64,000 nt of DNA from Bacteroidales bacterium. GTDB taxonomy: Bacteria; Bacteroidota; Bacteroidia; Bacteroidales; UBA12077. Shown here one piece after another: positions 29,728 through 40,500 of the stretch (position 1 is the stretch's first letter; each line of letters begins with the position of its first letter). Where the stretch lies: assembly GCA_030637515.1 (NCBI GenBank), contig DAOWGM010000095.1, positions 8,171 to 72,170 of the forward strand. The letters are read 5' to 3'. Made by a program: the position numbers and the translations under genes. The notes beneath the pieces were generated by a model. It searched no databases. It was not told the origin of the DNA and saw only the letters and a list, made by a program, of their open reading frames with translations.

Positions 29728-29833
29728 ATCCTTCGACAGGCTCAGGATGACATTGCTCAAGATGACAACTGCCTTAAAATTAACATGTCACACTGAGTCT
29801 TGCCTGTCGGCAGACAGGTTTATCGAAGTGTGA
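29728..29833. repeat. Composite REP-like palindromic elements
   Basis: atccttcgacaggctcaggatgac (29728-29751) and gtcacactgagtcttgcctgtcggcagacaggtttatcgaagtgtga (29787-29833, with inner palindrome cctgtcggcagacagg). The reverse complement of the second is nearly identical to 37417-37467. Confidence 0.7.
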
Positions 29834-29876
29834 TTATAAGTTTAAAAGAAAAAACAATTCTTACCCCGATCCTAAA

Positions 29877-29895
29877 GGGAAAATTGATTTTTCCC
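29877..29895 (-). terminator. Possible intrinsic terminator after the 432-aa gene
   Basis: Hairpin gggaaaa-ttgat-ttttccc. On the minus strand it is followed by only a short TTT, so it is weak. Confidence 0.3.
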
Positions 29896-29916
29896 GATGT
29901 TTTTGAAATAACAGAA

Positions 29917-31215
29917 TTATTCGAGCCATTTAATATGTTTCAAATTAATTGGTTTTTCAATCAGGTTAATTCCTGCAAAATCGGATGGTAATTTTGAATA
30001 ATCTACAGTAGCATTTAAAAGGTGATTTTCGTACAAAGAGGATGCTGTTTTTAAAGTAAAACCCTCGCAAAACAAGCTACCATAAATTGCACCTTTGTGC
30101 TGAATAAATCCATTGCAATAAACTATACCATAAACCTCTGCAGTTTCTTTAATGTGCATTTTTAAAGGAGTTTTAGAGACTGAAGCTGAAGAATATAATA
30201 AAACACCCCCTGCAAGTACTGTATTTTTACCAAGTGTAATTGAAACTCCAGATTCGGGTATTGATTTTAAAACTCCTATAAAAGATGGATATTTGAATTT
30301 ACATGCATTTCCTATTTTTATTTTTTCGGTTGCAAGAACCTGAACCTGCCCTGAAAAATCATTTTCAAAAATAACTGAAGGAGCAATAATGATCACATCT
30401 TTTAATATGCAGTTTGCTGAAATAGTAATTTCATTATCAAATTTGAAAATAACATTCCCGCTTGCATTAATTCCTTGAAGTTTTGTTATTTCATCAGAAT
30501 ACACAATTAATGAATTATTATTGAATGAATTTGCTATTTCATTTTTTGCTAATTGTGCTGTTAATTCAATAATACTATCTGACTTATCAATAGTTCCATT
30601 AATTAAATTTTCTAAATATTTTAATTTTTCAGGAATTAAGGTAGGTAGCTCATTGTTGCTTTGCTGAGCTATACCATTTACTAATTCACGATTTTGGTAT
30701 CCTTGTCCTTCTATGTATGCTCTTTTTATACCTAGTTTGGGTAAATAGCAAGTTCCTTTTAACAAGGTATTTCCACTTATAGATAAATACTTTTTTTTGT
30801 CAGCAAGATATAAAGCAATATCTTCCTTTTTGCCTGAATGATCACCTAAAAGAGCAATTTTCCTGGCTTTGTAATTGTGCCTATTGGATTCGGAATAAAT
30901 TAAATCATAAACGCCCCAATGTCTTTTTTCCAAAATAACTGAATCGTAATTATTCCCATATAAATTTATTTCTGTGTGAGTGTCATAATTTAAAAGTTCA
31001 GGATTTTTACATACGAGATTAAAACCTGATTTAACATTAGATACAACCTGTTCCTGCAATACCTGTCTGTCAATATATGAATTATGGATGTATGTATACA
31101 AAATAAGCATTCCACTCAATACAGCCACAATTAATGATATGAGTAAAGCATAATATAATGCTCCACCATTGACCTTAAGAAAAATACTATTCCGGATTCT
31201 TGATTTCAGGTTCAT
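29917..31215 (-). CDS. Membrane-anchored protein, possibly PilX/GspK-like minor component with beta-helix-like C-terminus
   Basis: The N-terminal NGGALYYALLISLIVAVLSGMLILY resembles PilX-N-type anchors and lacks Glu+5. The C-terminal half has a repetitive beta-strand pattern (GNVIFKFDNEITISANCILKDVIIIAPSVIF...). Tentative. Confidence 0.3.
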   Translation of the reverse strand: MNLKSRIRNSIFLKVNGGALYYALLISLIVAVLSGMLILYTYIHNSYIDRQVLQEQVVSNVKSGFNLVCKNPELLNYDTHTEINLYGNNYDSVILEKRHWGVYDLIYSESNRHNYKARKIALLGDHSGKKEDIALYLADKKKYLSISGNTLLKGTCYLPKLGIKRAYIEGQGYQNRELVNGIAQQSNNELPTLIPEKLKYLENLINGTIDKSDSIIELTAQLAKNEIANSFNNNSLIVYSDEITKLQGINASGNVIFKFDNEITISANCILKDVIIIAPSVIFENDFSGQVQVLATEKIKIGNACKFKYPSFIGVLKSIPESGVSITLGKNTVLAGGVLLYSSASVSKTPLKMHIKETAEVYGIVYCNGFIQHKGAIYGSLFCEGFTLKTASSLYENHLLNATVDYSKLPSDFAGINLIEKPINLKHIKWLE

Positions 31216-31747
31216 TTTGGATAGTGTCCTTTTCTACTGTTTTTTCTTTGTTAAAAATCTTACTAAGAAATGATTTATCTTCAGAAAAAACTTCAGAACC
31301 ATTTTTATAATAGACCGTTTCTATAATATTTCCGCTTTCTGAATACAATTTCTTTTCTCCATTCAAAACACCTTTGTCCCAAGGTTCCGTTTGTTTTAAC
31401 TCTCCTGAAACATACCAGTATTTCCATTTGCCGATTTTTAATCCGTTTTCGAAATTTCCTTGAATAAGTAATAATCCTTCAAGGCTATACACAGAATATA
31501 AGCCATGTAATGGTTTGCCATTAATTCCTCCACGATTATATCCTATTTTATTATTGTTATACCAAAAATATTTTAGTTCATCATTAAACTTAATTTCTTC
31601 TTTTTGGGTGAGTATGTTCGCTTTTATTACTGAATCAGCACAGGTAATTACAATTGTTCGTGTATTTGTATTGTATGTATCTTTCTGGCTAAACGAGGAG
31701 TAATGTGAGGCTATAAGAATAGAAAGTATTGTTAGTATTTTTTTCAT
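31187..31747 (-). CDS. MORN-repeat (YwqK-family antitoxin-like) secreted protein
   Basis: It has a signal peptide. Repeated G.....G....Y...G motifs are present (GKPLHGLYSVYSLEGLLLIQGNFENGLKIGKWKYWYVSGELKQTEPWDKGVLNGEKKLYSESGNIIETVYYKNG). Confidence 0.55.
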   Translation of the reverse strand: MKKILTILSILIASHYSSFSQKDTYNTNTRTIVITCADSVIKANILTQKEEIKFNDELKYFWYNNNKIGYNRGGINGKPLHGLYSVYSLEGLLLIQGNFENGLKIGKWKYWYVSGELKQTEPWDKGVLNGEKKLYSESGNIIETVYYKNGSEVFSEDKSFLSKIFNKEKTVEKDTIQNEPEIKNPE

Positions 31748-31953
31748 CTGTATATATTTTTAATATATTGATTTTTGCGAATTACATATATGCCTTTACA
31801 ACTAATAATCTTTTTTTAGTTACTCGCTCCCCACAAGCCACAAACACAACCCGCTCGTGAACCTTCATGATTTTTTTCTTCGTTGCAATGATAACAAGGC
31901 ATAGCTACTATTATCATTATCGTATGTGTCAAAACTAAATTGTCATGAAGGTT

Positions 31954-32445
31954 TCATTTTAATAATGTTTTTTCTTCGTTGCTGTAAATTACAATAAGTG
32001 AATCACCATAAAACTCCTTAACAATAACTTGTTCTATAGTATCACCTTTATAAGCTAAATAATCCCGTTTGTTTATTTTTATTAATATAGTCTGTTTTGC
32101 TTTGTTGCCTTCAACAAAACCACCATATTCTATCTCAGGCCATCGCACACGCGAAACACTAGTTCGTCTTCTCCTGAGATTTGTATTAGATTCGGTCTGT
32201 TTATTCTGTTTTTCTCCAGACTCAATATTACCGCTTGCCGTTTTATCTAAAAAAGGATCACGATAATTGGCAATAAGTTTGTAAGTCTTATTTTTAGTTT
32301 GTGTTTGTTCTTTTACAATAGGCTTAATAATCTGTGTCAGATTATCAGGTTTGGTTCTTCCTTCAAAAAACATACGATAAACCACAAGTCCCCATACGAT
32401 GATAACCAATGGCAATAAAATATATGTTAACTTTTTATTTTTCAT
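31954..32445 (-). CDS. Membrane-anchored hypothetical protein in the pilus/secretion operon
   Basis: 163 aa with one N-terminal TM helix. It overlaps the upstream gene by 11 nt. No family recognised. Confidence 0.35.
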   Translation of the reverse strand: MKNKKLTYILLPLVIIVWGLVVYRMFFEGRTKPDNLTQIIKPIVKEQTQTKNKTYKLIANYRDPFLDKTASGNIESGEKQNKQTESNTNLRRRRTSVSRVRWPEIEYGGFVEGNKAKQTILIKINKRDYLAYKGDTIEQVIVKEFYGDSLIVIYSNEEKTLLK

Positions 32446-33385
32446 TTTTTATGGTAACCCTTCTGAAATCAGTATAAGCACTTTCGTTTCTGGCTTTATC
32501 AATCGACTTAACTTTCCAGTAATATTTTCCTTCACTTAAACTTTTTGTATATGTTAAGTCTAAATCGCTTTTTTCTTCAAGAACACCCACTGTAAAAGTA
32601 GAATCCGTTCCAATTATTATTTCTTCCAACACTTCAGATCCTGAATCTGTTGGTCTTGTCCAAGTAAATGTTACAGAAGTTCCTGTTATGGTTTCTCCAT
32701 GAGCAGGACTTGTTTGGGCTGGTACATTTGGATCAGTACGATCAATAAAAAAGCTTCTGGTTGAATATAGAGACGTTGAGTTTTCATTCATAGCACGCAC
32801 TCCCCAGAAATATTCTCCTTCTTCTGTTATTTCTTTTGAATAATTTGTATTTTCAATATTATCAGAAGCAATTAAATCGCCACTACTCCAGCTGTCCTTT
32901 CTGATCTTTATATTGTATTCTGTTGCATTATATATCAATTCCCAGCTAAAGTCAATTTCAGTCTCACTTGTTGCTGTATTATTATTAGGTGAACTGAGTA
33001 TTACCTCTGTTCCTTCCACACTTAATGAACTGTCAACCACTAACGAATAAACAGTATAAGGTGTTTCTCCTGCACTATTATACGCTTTTACTCTCCACTG
33101 AAAATTTCCCGGATACAGCTGTGCTTCGAATTGATTACCGGCAATATTGGTATCTACAACAAGCTTTTCAATTGCCTCAAAATTTGGATTTACAATTTGC
33201 AGATTATATTTTGAGGCACCGTCAACTTCTTCCCACCAAAAAGTAAAAGAAGAGTTGCTTGTTTGTAATCCGTCTGTAGGAGCAACAAGGGTCACTATTT
33301 TTCCAGTTAAATCTTCTTCGAAAAAATCGTTACAAGCAGCTATGGCTACAACTACAATAAGAAGTATATAAAATAATTTATTCAT
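32435..33385 (-). CDS. Lipoprotein with three Fn3-like repeats
   Basis: Lipobox VAIAAC. There are three repeats of the type FTFWWEEVDGASKYNLQI / IDFSWELIYNATEYNIKI / VTFTWTRPTDSGSE. It overlaps its neighbours by 8-11 nt. Confidence 0.4.
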   Translation of the reverse strand: MNKLFYILLIVVVAIAACNDFFEEDLTGKIVTLVAPTDGLQTSNSSFTFWWEEVDGASKYNLQIVNPNFEAIEKLVVDTNIAGNQFEAQLYPGNFQWRVKAYNSAGETPYTVYSLVVDSSLSVEGTEVILSSPNNNTATSETEIDFSWELIYNATEYNIKIRKDSWSSGDLIASDNIENTNYSKEITEEGEYFWGVRAMNENSTSLYSTRSFFIDRTDPNVPAQTSPAHGETITGTSVTFTWTRPTDSGSEVLEEIIIGTDSTFTVGVLEEKSDLDLTYTKSLSEGKYYWKVKSIDKARNESAYTDFRRVTIKNEK

Positions 33386-33917
33386 TGTTTAGTATTTTAA
33401 TGTTTTGAACATAGATTTCAAGCAACAACTCGGTATTTTTTGTTCTAAAATTCTTTTCAGTATAAAAGTTTATGGATGATACTTTTCCGTACGAAAAGTT
33501 GTTTTCTATTCCATATGCCAGTCTGAGTAATTTAATAAAACTACCTTCGACTGTAATTTTACATGTTTCGGTTATGTAATCCTGTTGAGAAAACTTGTGT
33601 ATTCCGGGATAATCTTTCAATACCAGATTATTGTTTTTACAGTAATTACTTACATGCTCAATAATCAACTCTTCGAAATTGATCTGATCAATATTCTTAA
33701 CTCCAACTCTTTGATCAATTTCATTTAGTTTTGATTTAATAACAGCCATTTGTTGCGGTGCATTTTTCAACTGGCTCAATTGCATTTCGTAATTATTGCA
33801 TTGCTTTTTTAAATCAAAAGTTTTATTTATTGCAAGTTTAAACGAAAGAAATAGAAATACAATAAACCCTACACCAAGGTATATTAATTTTAAGCGATAT
33901 GTGAGATTTTTAAACAT
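33378..33917 (-). CDS. PilO/GspM-like bitopic assembly protein (tentative)
   Basis: 179 aa: one N-terminal TM helix, a coiled-coil segment (QLSQLKNAPQQMAVIKSKLNEIDQRV), then an alpha/beta domain. It sits after a PilM/N-like gene. Confidence 0.35.
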   Translation of the reverse strand: MFKNLTYRLKLIYLGVGFIVFLFLSFKLAINKTFDLKKQCNNYEMQLSQLKNAPQQMAVIKSKLNEIDQRVGVKNIDQINFEELIIEHVSNYCKNNNLVLKDYPGIHKFSQQDYITETCKITVEGSFIKLLRLAYGIENNFSYGKVSSINFYTEKNFRTKNTELLLEIYVQNIKILNNE

Positions 33918-35121
33918 TCTGTTTCAGGTCTATTTCAAGTTTAAAATCAGCAGGAATGTTCGCTACGTCCTGATTATATTCCAATATATTTACATTATTA
34001 ACCCAATCAAGTTTTTTTAGTTTTTTCACCCAGTTGTTAAGAATAATACTCTGACTAACAGTGCCCGAAATGGTAATTTGATTCATTGAAAATCCTAATG
34101 GCTTTTCTTCCTTAATTTTGGTATTCAAAGGATTTATATTCATTACCGAGAGTTTTATTTCTGACGGTAAAGAATAAGATATTCGATCGGCATAATAAGA
34201 AAGTTTCGATGCATCCAGAAACCCGCTATTTACAAAGTACTGTTCCTTTATTAAATACTCGTTTTTCAGAGTATCGAGTTTTTTTATCAGTTCTCTGTTC
34301 TGGTTAAATGAAAAAGTAAGTTTGTTTAGGTTTTGATTGTTATTATTGTAGAAAAAGTAATTTACCATTAATAAGATAAAGAAGAATGCAAGTGTAAACC
34401 AACCTGCCATAGTAAACAAACGTTTAAAAGTATACTCCTTTGCCAATTCTGTTACAAAATCTAAACCTGAATTTTCTGTATCTGAAAGATAAAAACTTAG
34501 TGCAGTTGCATAAGACAGAACCTCATTGGAATATATTTCTTCATCTCCAATACTTATACTTGCCTGATTTGGTTCAGGGAGTTTTACAATACTTTTTATC
34601 AGCTCCGAATCTTTATTTACTTCATATCGATTTGTAAATATTTTTTCATCCTCAATAATGCCTAAAAAATTTTCAATGGATAGAGCTGAAATATAGAAGT
34701 TTACAATCTGAAATCCAGCCTGTTTGAAATTTTCTACTATCTCATGTACTATCTCTTTTCGTATTGCAGAAATAATCATTTTATTATCTACTGCCGGAGT
34801 ACTTTGAATGTAGAAATCATCTTCGTTGGCATTCGGTAAAATATGATTAATCAGCTTCCTGTTTTTATCGTATTCAGTTACTTTAAGAATAACACCTTTA
34901 CCATCTACAGATATTGCAAGAGGTAATCCTTTTGTCTCATCATCACTTAACTGATCGACCGAATTTATTCCTGAAAATCTTTTTTCAATAAATATCTTTT
35001 CCTTTTTTTTATTCAGGATAATGCAATTTATCTCAGGCTGACCATTAGAACTAATAAAATAGTCAACACCAAGAACCCTTGATCCTTTAATAAAACTGCT
35101 ATTTAAGATATCCTGAAACAC
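33910..35121 (-). CDS. PilM/PilN-like fusion assembly protein (tentative)
   Basis: 403 aa: an N-terminal soluble domain of about 235 aa, a central TM helix (WFTLAFFFILLMVNYFFY) and a C-terminal periplasmic domain. The gene directly abuts the secretin gene. Confidence 0.4.
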   Translation of the reverse strand: MFQDILNSSFIKGSRVLGVDYFISSNGQPEINCIILNKKKEKIFIEKRFSGINSVDQLSDDETKGLPLAISVDGKGVILKVTEYDKNRKLINHILPNANEDDFYIQSTPAVDNKMIISAIRKEIVHEIVENFKQAGFQIVNFYISALSIENFLGIIEDEKIFTNRYEVNKDSELIKSIVKLPEPNQASISIGDEEIYSNEVLSYATALSFYLSDTENSGLDFVTELAKEYTFKRLFTMAGWFTLAFFFILLMVNYFFYNNNNQNLNKLTFSFNQNRELIKKLDTLKNEYLIKEQYFVNSGFLDASKLSYYADRISYSLPSEIKLSVMNINPLNTKIKEEKPLGFSMNQITISGTVSQSIILNNWVKKLKKLDWVNNVNILEYNQDVANIPADFKLEIDLKQNV

Positions 35122-37038
35122 TTAACCTATAATTGTTGGTTTGATTAAAACATTTAATTTGGCCTTGGAATTACTTTTTGTTTTTGAACTAAAAAGCCAT
35201 TTAATAATTGGGATTCTTGCTAAAAGAGGCAAGCCTGATCCTGATTCATTTATCTGTTGTTGCTCAAGTCCGCCAAGAAGAACAACATCTTCATTTTTAA
35301 CTCTGATTGTTGATTTAAACTCTTTATTTCGTTTTCCGGGAGGTGCTCCTTCACCTAATGAATTAGACAAATCAAAATCGGATTGTTTTACCGAAATTTC
35401 AAGTGTTATCTGATTATCACCAGAAACTACAGGTCTGATAATTATTTCTAAATCAGCATCAACGGATTTATATTCAGAATAACTATTTAATGATGGATTT
35501 TGAGTTCCGTAATACTGGCTTCGTTCTTCTTTATAATATTTTGTCTGACCAATTTTCAGGTTGGCTTTGTGGCCATTCATGGTAGAAAGCTTTGGAGTAC
35601 TCTTAATATCCAGAATTCCTTCGTCTTCCAGAGCTTTTAATGTCAGATAAAAATTAGGAGTTACATTACCTAAATTTACCCAACCAAAACCATCGAACTT
35701 ATTAATGATACTGTTTACCGATTCGGAACCCAGTGTCATATCAACCGAAGGGAAAACCTGACCTTTTGTTGTAGTTGGAGCTTCACCTAATCCTGCCGTA
35801 ATTCCAGTGGAAATAGTATGCGATTTAGTTACATCAATTATAATAATTTCAATTAAAATTACCGGAACAGGCTTATCGATAAGATTAATAAAATTTTCTA
35901 CCTGACGGATTTTATTAGAAGCTCCTGAAAGAAAAACACTGTTTAGCTCAACAAATTCTTTTATCTCCACATTTTTAACCATTTCTTTAGGTAGAATATG
36001 CATTATTGAATCAACAGTTCGGTGTTGTAACTGAACAACTTTGTATTCATTGATCTCATTAATACTTTTACCTCCAATCAGATAAATATCATTTAGGTTT
36101 TTATATGTATATTCTGAGCCGCTTAAGACATAATCCAGAAACTCTTCAAAAGTAACTCCTTCAACATTCAGTGAGATTTCTCCTTTTAGCTCCGAAGCAA
36201 TAAAATATCCAATTCCCAATTGACCTGCAATAACTTCAATCAAATCCAATTTTTGAGCCTTGTTAGCATAAATACTTATGCTATCAACACTTTCTGTAGA
36301 AATCTGAATTCCCTTTCGGCGAAAAGATTCCACATTTACTTGTTTACCACGATTGTAATTGCTTATAGATAAGTTCTGATTATCATCAGCTTCGGCTTTT
36401 TTAATAATGAAAATATTGTCACTGGATTTTTGTGCAATTAAGCCATTGGTAAACGCCAGTTTATCAATAGCTTTACTGAAAGGCATATTTTGAATGTAGC
36501 CTTTGATTTTTTGTGAATCCAGTCCGGGAGATAATATAATATTGTAACCCGTTACACGAATTATTTCTCGCATAGCAGCATTTATAGGCTCGTTATCGTA
36601 ATCAATAGTAATCAAATCGGTTTCCCGATTGTATAAAACTTTGGTAGTAGTTGATTGAACCTTTCCGGTTCCTTTAATGGTTATTATATTTCCTATAAAA
36701 TTAATATCTAAACCAAACTGATCGTTTAAAAACAAGAGTATGTCGGCAACTTTAACATCCGAAAAATTATTGGTAACCATTATTTGTAGTGTAGGATCCA
36801 CATCGATGTTTACTCCGGAATTGTTGGCTACACCACGCAAAAATTCCTGAATTTGAACATTACCAACAGAAATGTTCACTTTTTCGTTCAGTTTTGGAAT
36901 TTCTATGGTTTTTTGATCAAGTATCTGCCTAAACGTAAGGGTAGAGTCCTGAGCCATAAGATGAGTCGTAACAAACAAAACAATAAATAGAGCTGAAACA
37001 GACTTTTTAAGGTATGACATTTTTATATTTATTTTCAA
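35122..37038 (-). CDS. Secretin (GspD/PilQ family outer-membrane channel)
   Basis: It has a signal peptide and N-domain repeats. The C-terminal secretin signature is VVLLGGLEQQQINESGSGLPLLARIPIIKWLFSSK. Confidence 0.85.
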   Translation of the reverse strand: MKINIKMSYLKKSVSALFIVLFVTTHLMAQDSTLTFRQILDQKTIEIPKLNEKVNISVGNVQIQEFLRGVANNSGVNIDVDPTLQIMVTNNFSDVKVADILLFLNDQFGLDINFIGNIITIKGTGKVQSTTTKVLYNRETDLITIDYDNEPINAAMREIIRVTGYNIILSPGLDSQKIKGYIQNMPFSKAIDKLAFTNGLIAQKSSDNIFIIKKAEADDNQNLSISNYNRGKQVNVESFRRKGIQISTESVDSISIYANKAQKLDLIEVIAGQLGIGYFIASELKGEISLNVEGVTFEEFLDYVLSGSEYTYKNLNDIYLIGGKSINEINEYKVVQLQHRTVDSIMHILPKEMVKNVEIKEFVELNSVFLSGASNKIRQVENFINLIDKPVPVILIEIIIIDVTKSHTISTGITAGLGEAPTTTKGQVFPSVDMTLGSESVNSIINKFDGFGWVNLGNVTPNFYLTLKALEDEGILDIKSTPKLSTMNGHKANLKIGQTKYYKEERSQYYGTQNPSLNSYSEYKSVDADLEIIIRPVVSGDNQITLEISVKQSDFDLSNSLGEGAPPGKRNKEFKSTIRVKNEDVVLLGGLEQQQINESGSGLPLLARIPIIKWLFSSKTKSNSKAKLNVLIKPTIIG

Positions 37039-37203
37039 AACCTGAAATATTATTCGTTAATAACAATTTTTTACTCACAAAATGGGGATTCAAAATTATC
37101 ATTTTTATTGGAAATAGAAAACGTTTTGTAAGGCTAAGTATAAAAATATTAGTTATTTAGATTGGGAATAAGTAATTTTAAAATTCTAATTTAAATTAAC
37201 CTC

Positions 37204-37467
37204 ATTCCGATCTTTGTACCGGAATCGATTAAAACAAAAAAAGTGTAGTCCCAAAAACTTTCGGGAACGCTACGCTTAACATTTATAATATTTTTTATTT
37301 ATTTGTTCCTACTCTATTGCACGCGTTACAAACGCGTGCGAGCTGGATTATTGAAAAATTTAATTTAAATACTTTGTTACAAAAGCACGCGTAACATACG
37401 CGCGCGAGCTGGGGTACTTCGACACACTCGATAAACCTGTCTGCCGACAGGCAAAACTCAGTGTGAC
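37204..37467. repeat. Cluster of at least five small GC-rich palindromic (REP-like) elements
   Basis: The elements are attccg...cggaat (37204-37225), gtagtcccaaaaactttcgggaacgctac (about 37245-37273), gcacgcgttacaaacgcgtgcgagctgg (37319-37346), its relative gcacgcgtaacatacgcgcgcgagctgggg (37385-37414), and the 29787-type element in inverted orientation (37417-37467). Confidence 0.7.
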
Positions 37468-37511
37468 ATTGCTCAATATGACAGAACAGTTTTAAAGTAT
37501 ACATTTAAATG

Positions 37512-37545
37512 AAATAAAAAGGCACAAGTCATTCTGCCTTGTGCC
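37512..37545 (-). terminator. Rho-independent terminator after the 1720-aa gene
   Basis: On the minus strand, ggcacaag-gcagaatga-cttgtgcc forms an 8-bp GC-rich stem followed by TTTTTATTT, 30 nt past the stop codon. Confidence 0.65.
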
Positions 37546-37574
37546 AATTAATTACTATTTAATTTAGATGTAAG

Positions 37575-40500
37575 TTAATTTATAATAACTCCTCCTCCTG
37601 GAGGTCCTGTACCTCCACTGCCCCCAGAGCTTCCTGTACCAGAACCATCTAAATTAATCCAAAAATCACACCGTGTAATTCCATTAAGGTATATTAATTG
37701 TAATTGGCCTTCATGATTACCAACTTCCGCAGGATTATAACTTACATTTAAAGGTACAGAAGTCCCTGCACTAACATCCAGTAAGAATGGACCTCCTGCA
37801 CTAAAATAGCCTGTTTCAGAAGATACTACAAAAGGTCTCATTTCCAGAACGCCTGTTCCCGGATTATTTATGGTAATTACTTTACTCACAGTTGTTCCAA
37901 TCTCAGTTTCTCCAAGGTCCAATGAAACTCCATCATTTACTTTAACACCATCAATAAGAACTTCAAATTCAGGTTTGCCTTCAGGAATATTACACCCTTT
38001 ACTTCTGGTTTCTCCTTCATTTTCAAGGGTAGCAATAAACGTATGTGAACCTTCATAGCTATCCCATACACGAAGTTCCTGTTTAAAGGTAACAGTTGTT
38101 AAGGGAGGTATCATTTTTGTAAGGCTGGCTTGAGCATCCAGGACTCTGAAATTCACCCTACAGTTTGCAGGAACTCTTTTATCCTTGTTTTTTACATTAA
38201 TTGTCAGTGTTGCAATATTGGTTGTATTATTGAAACTTACAGAAAGGCCACTTGTAAATGTGCAATTCTCAATAGCCCTTGCATATCCATAATCATGGCT
38301 GCTAATCTTTTTAAAGCCATCAGGTGTTTCCTTATAAACAGCTATTAACTTTCCTCCAGCATCATAGGTATATTTGGTTGCAATATTGTTATTATCCAAA
38401 ATTGCAGTTACGGCTCCTGTATGCTGATCATATACATATGACTGCATAGAAGCATCGATAGGATGCACGCGAAAATCGTCAACCCATGCAAAATTAGCAC
38501 TGCCAATACAATCTACATAAACTTTTCTGCTTTCCCCTGCAGGTATTTCTCCAGTAATTGTAAATAAATACCATTGTCCAAATTTTAAACAATTATCTGG
38601 ATTAAAATGTTCTGTTTCTGAAGATACAATAACTAATTTGGCGTGTGAAGTATTCTCATGAACCCATACAGAAGCTTGAAATTTGCGTGAAACTGTAGAT
38701 TCATTTAGTATAATAACTTCAGGACCCCCAGTATTACCAGATGATTCTTCTGTTCCCTGTATTCTTACCAAGAAATTTCCTGTATGCGCATTTATCGACG
38801 ATTGAGGATAATTCATATATTCCATATAATCTGAGACTTCACTTGATAAATAAAGGGAGTTCTTAATTTCTTTACCAAAAATTTCTCCGCTAAAATCAAT
38901 TTTATCTTCTCTGGATACAGCTTCTTCAAAACCAGTATATGAATATTGTCTATAAGATGCATTTGAAATTGTTGCAATTGCTTTTTTATTATTTACATCC
39001 ATTTTAGTTGATGAATAATCTCCATTTATATCTCTAATTTCTAATGGTATTGAATTCTTATTATATTCTTTTATTTCTGTAACCAATTGCCACCCATCAA
39101 CATCAGAATCTATAACATTAAAGTTATCCTCAATTTCTTCCATTGTGTTATATTTTGAAAACTGAGAAGAGCTATATGTTCCATCAGGATTTAGATCTCC
39201 TTTCCATATAAACTTCTTATTTACTCTGTAGATATCACTAATGGTTCCATCTTCTATATATTCTTCAAAAGACTCATAGTAATTACGATATGTCCAGTCT
39301 TTTTCCCATTTTGTAATATTAGCATTAATAACTTTATAGTTTGAGCCATCCAATATCTTAGTCAGGTTGGCCACATTTTGAGAAATCATATTTTTATAAG
39401 ATGAATTTTCAGCCTTTATACCCATGTTAGAGTATACTTTATATGCTGGTAAATAATCAACTATAAATGTTTTTCCGGAGATATTTTCCCAAGGTAATGG
39501 ATCGTTCTTATACTTTTTACTTAAAACCCGCCCTGTTAAGAAGTCAAAATTTAAATTACTAACAGTAGTTTTCCTACCATTACTTTTATATTCTACAGAA
39601 CTAAGTATATTTGGATACATTATTTTTGTAGTTCTGAACAATCGATCTGTGGAATATGAAGCACCCCACAAACACCTTTCAAAATAAATTGAGCCTTCAG
39701 TAAATATACCCTGATCATCTGAAATAGCATTTGTATAATTATATTTTACAGATTGTACTAAATCATTATTATAATATTTTTTAATAGTTTTTAATGATCC
39801 AATACTATTGGTATTTACTTTTATTAAATAATTTCTAATTTTAACTAAAATACCTTCAACAAACCCGTCATGTATATTATTAGGAATACATGTTACCATG
39901 TCATAATGTGGCATTTCATATTCAAATTGAGATTTAGATAAATAATTCCCACTTTCATCATTATTGCTTAAGACAGTTACCTTTCCATACAATACAGGGG
40001 TATTAGGGTAGTTTAATAATGATTGTTTTTTATAAACATCATATAGGTCAATATCACTTCTATTATAACTTGGCTCAATAGAACATGCACCTGAACTTTG
40101 TCCATTAGCTGTTCCATCTTTTGTATAAATGTATTTTTTTGACATTTTTGTGCCAATTCCATCGTTAACAATTATTTCACTTACTCGGGCATTGCCTCCT
40201 TTAAGGTCTTGTGGTAGACTATACCCAGATACATTTGAATACTTATCTCTTTCCTGTTCTATTTCAATAACAGATCCAATTGGTGTAGTTATTTTGGTTA
40301 AGGCCCATTGCGTACCACTTCCTGTTGGAATCCTATTTGTATTTGATCCTCCAATCTTATACATACCCCAACCATCCCAATAATCTAGGTTATAATTAGG
40401 ATTTGCTCCATATTCAAAAACAAAATCAGGCAGTAATTTTGTGTCATTTATTCCTCTTGTACTAATACATTGAAGAGATAGCTTTCCATTTCCGTTAAAA

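Noticed and set aside
37204-37467. Possible CRISPR array, because of closely spaced short palindromic repeats
   Set aside because: The repeats belong to different sequence families. Spacing is irregular. There are only two copies of any one unit, and no cas genes are present.
37295-37504. 69-aa minus-strand ORF between the secretin and the 1720-aa gene
   Set aside because: It is composed almost entirely of the REP-like palindromic elements (its Cys/Arg/Ala-rich translation mirrors the GC-rich repeats). It is very unlikely to be a gene.
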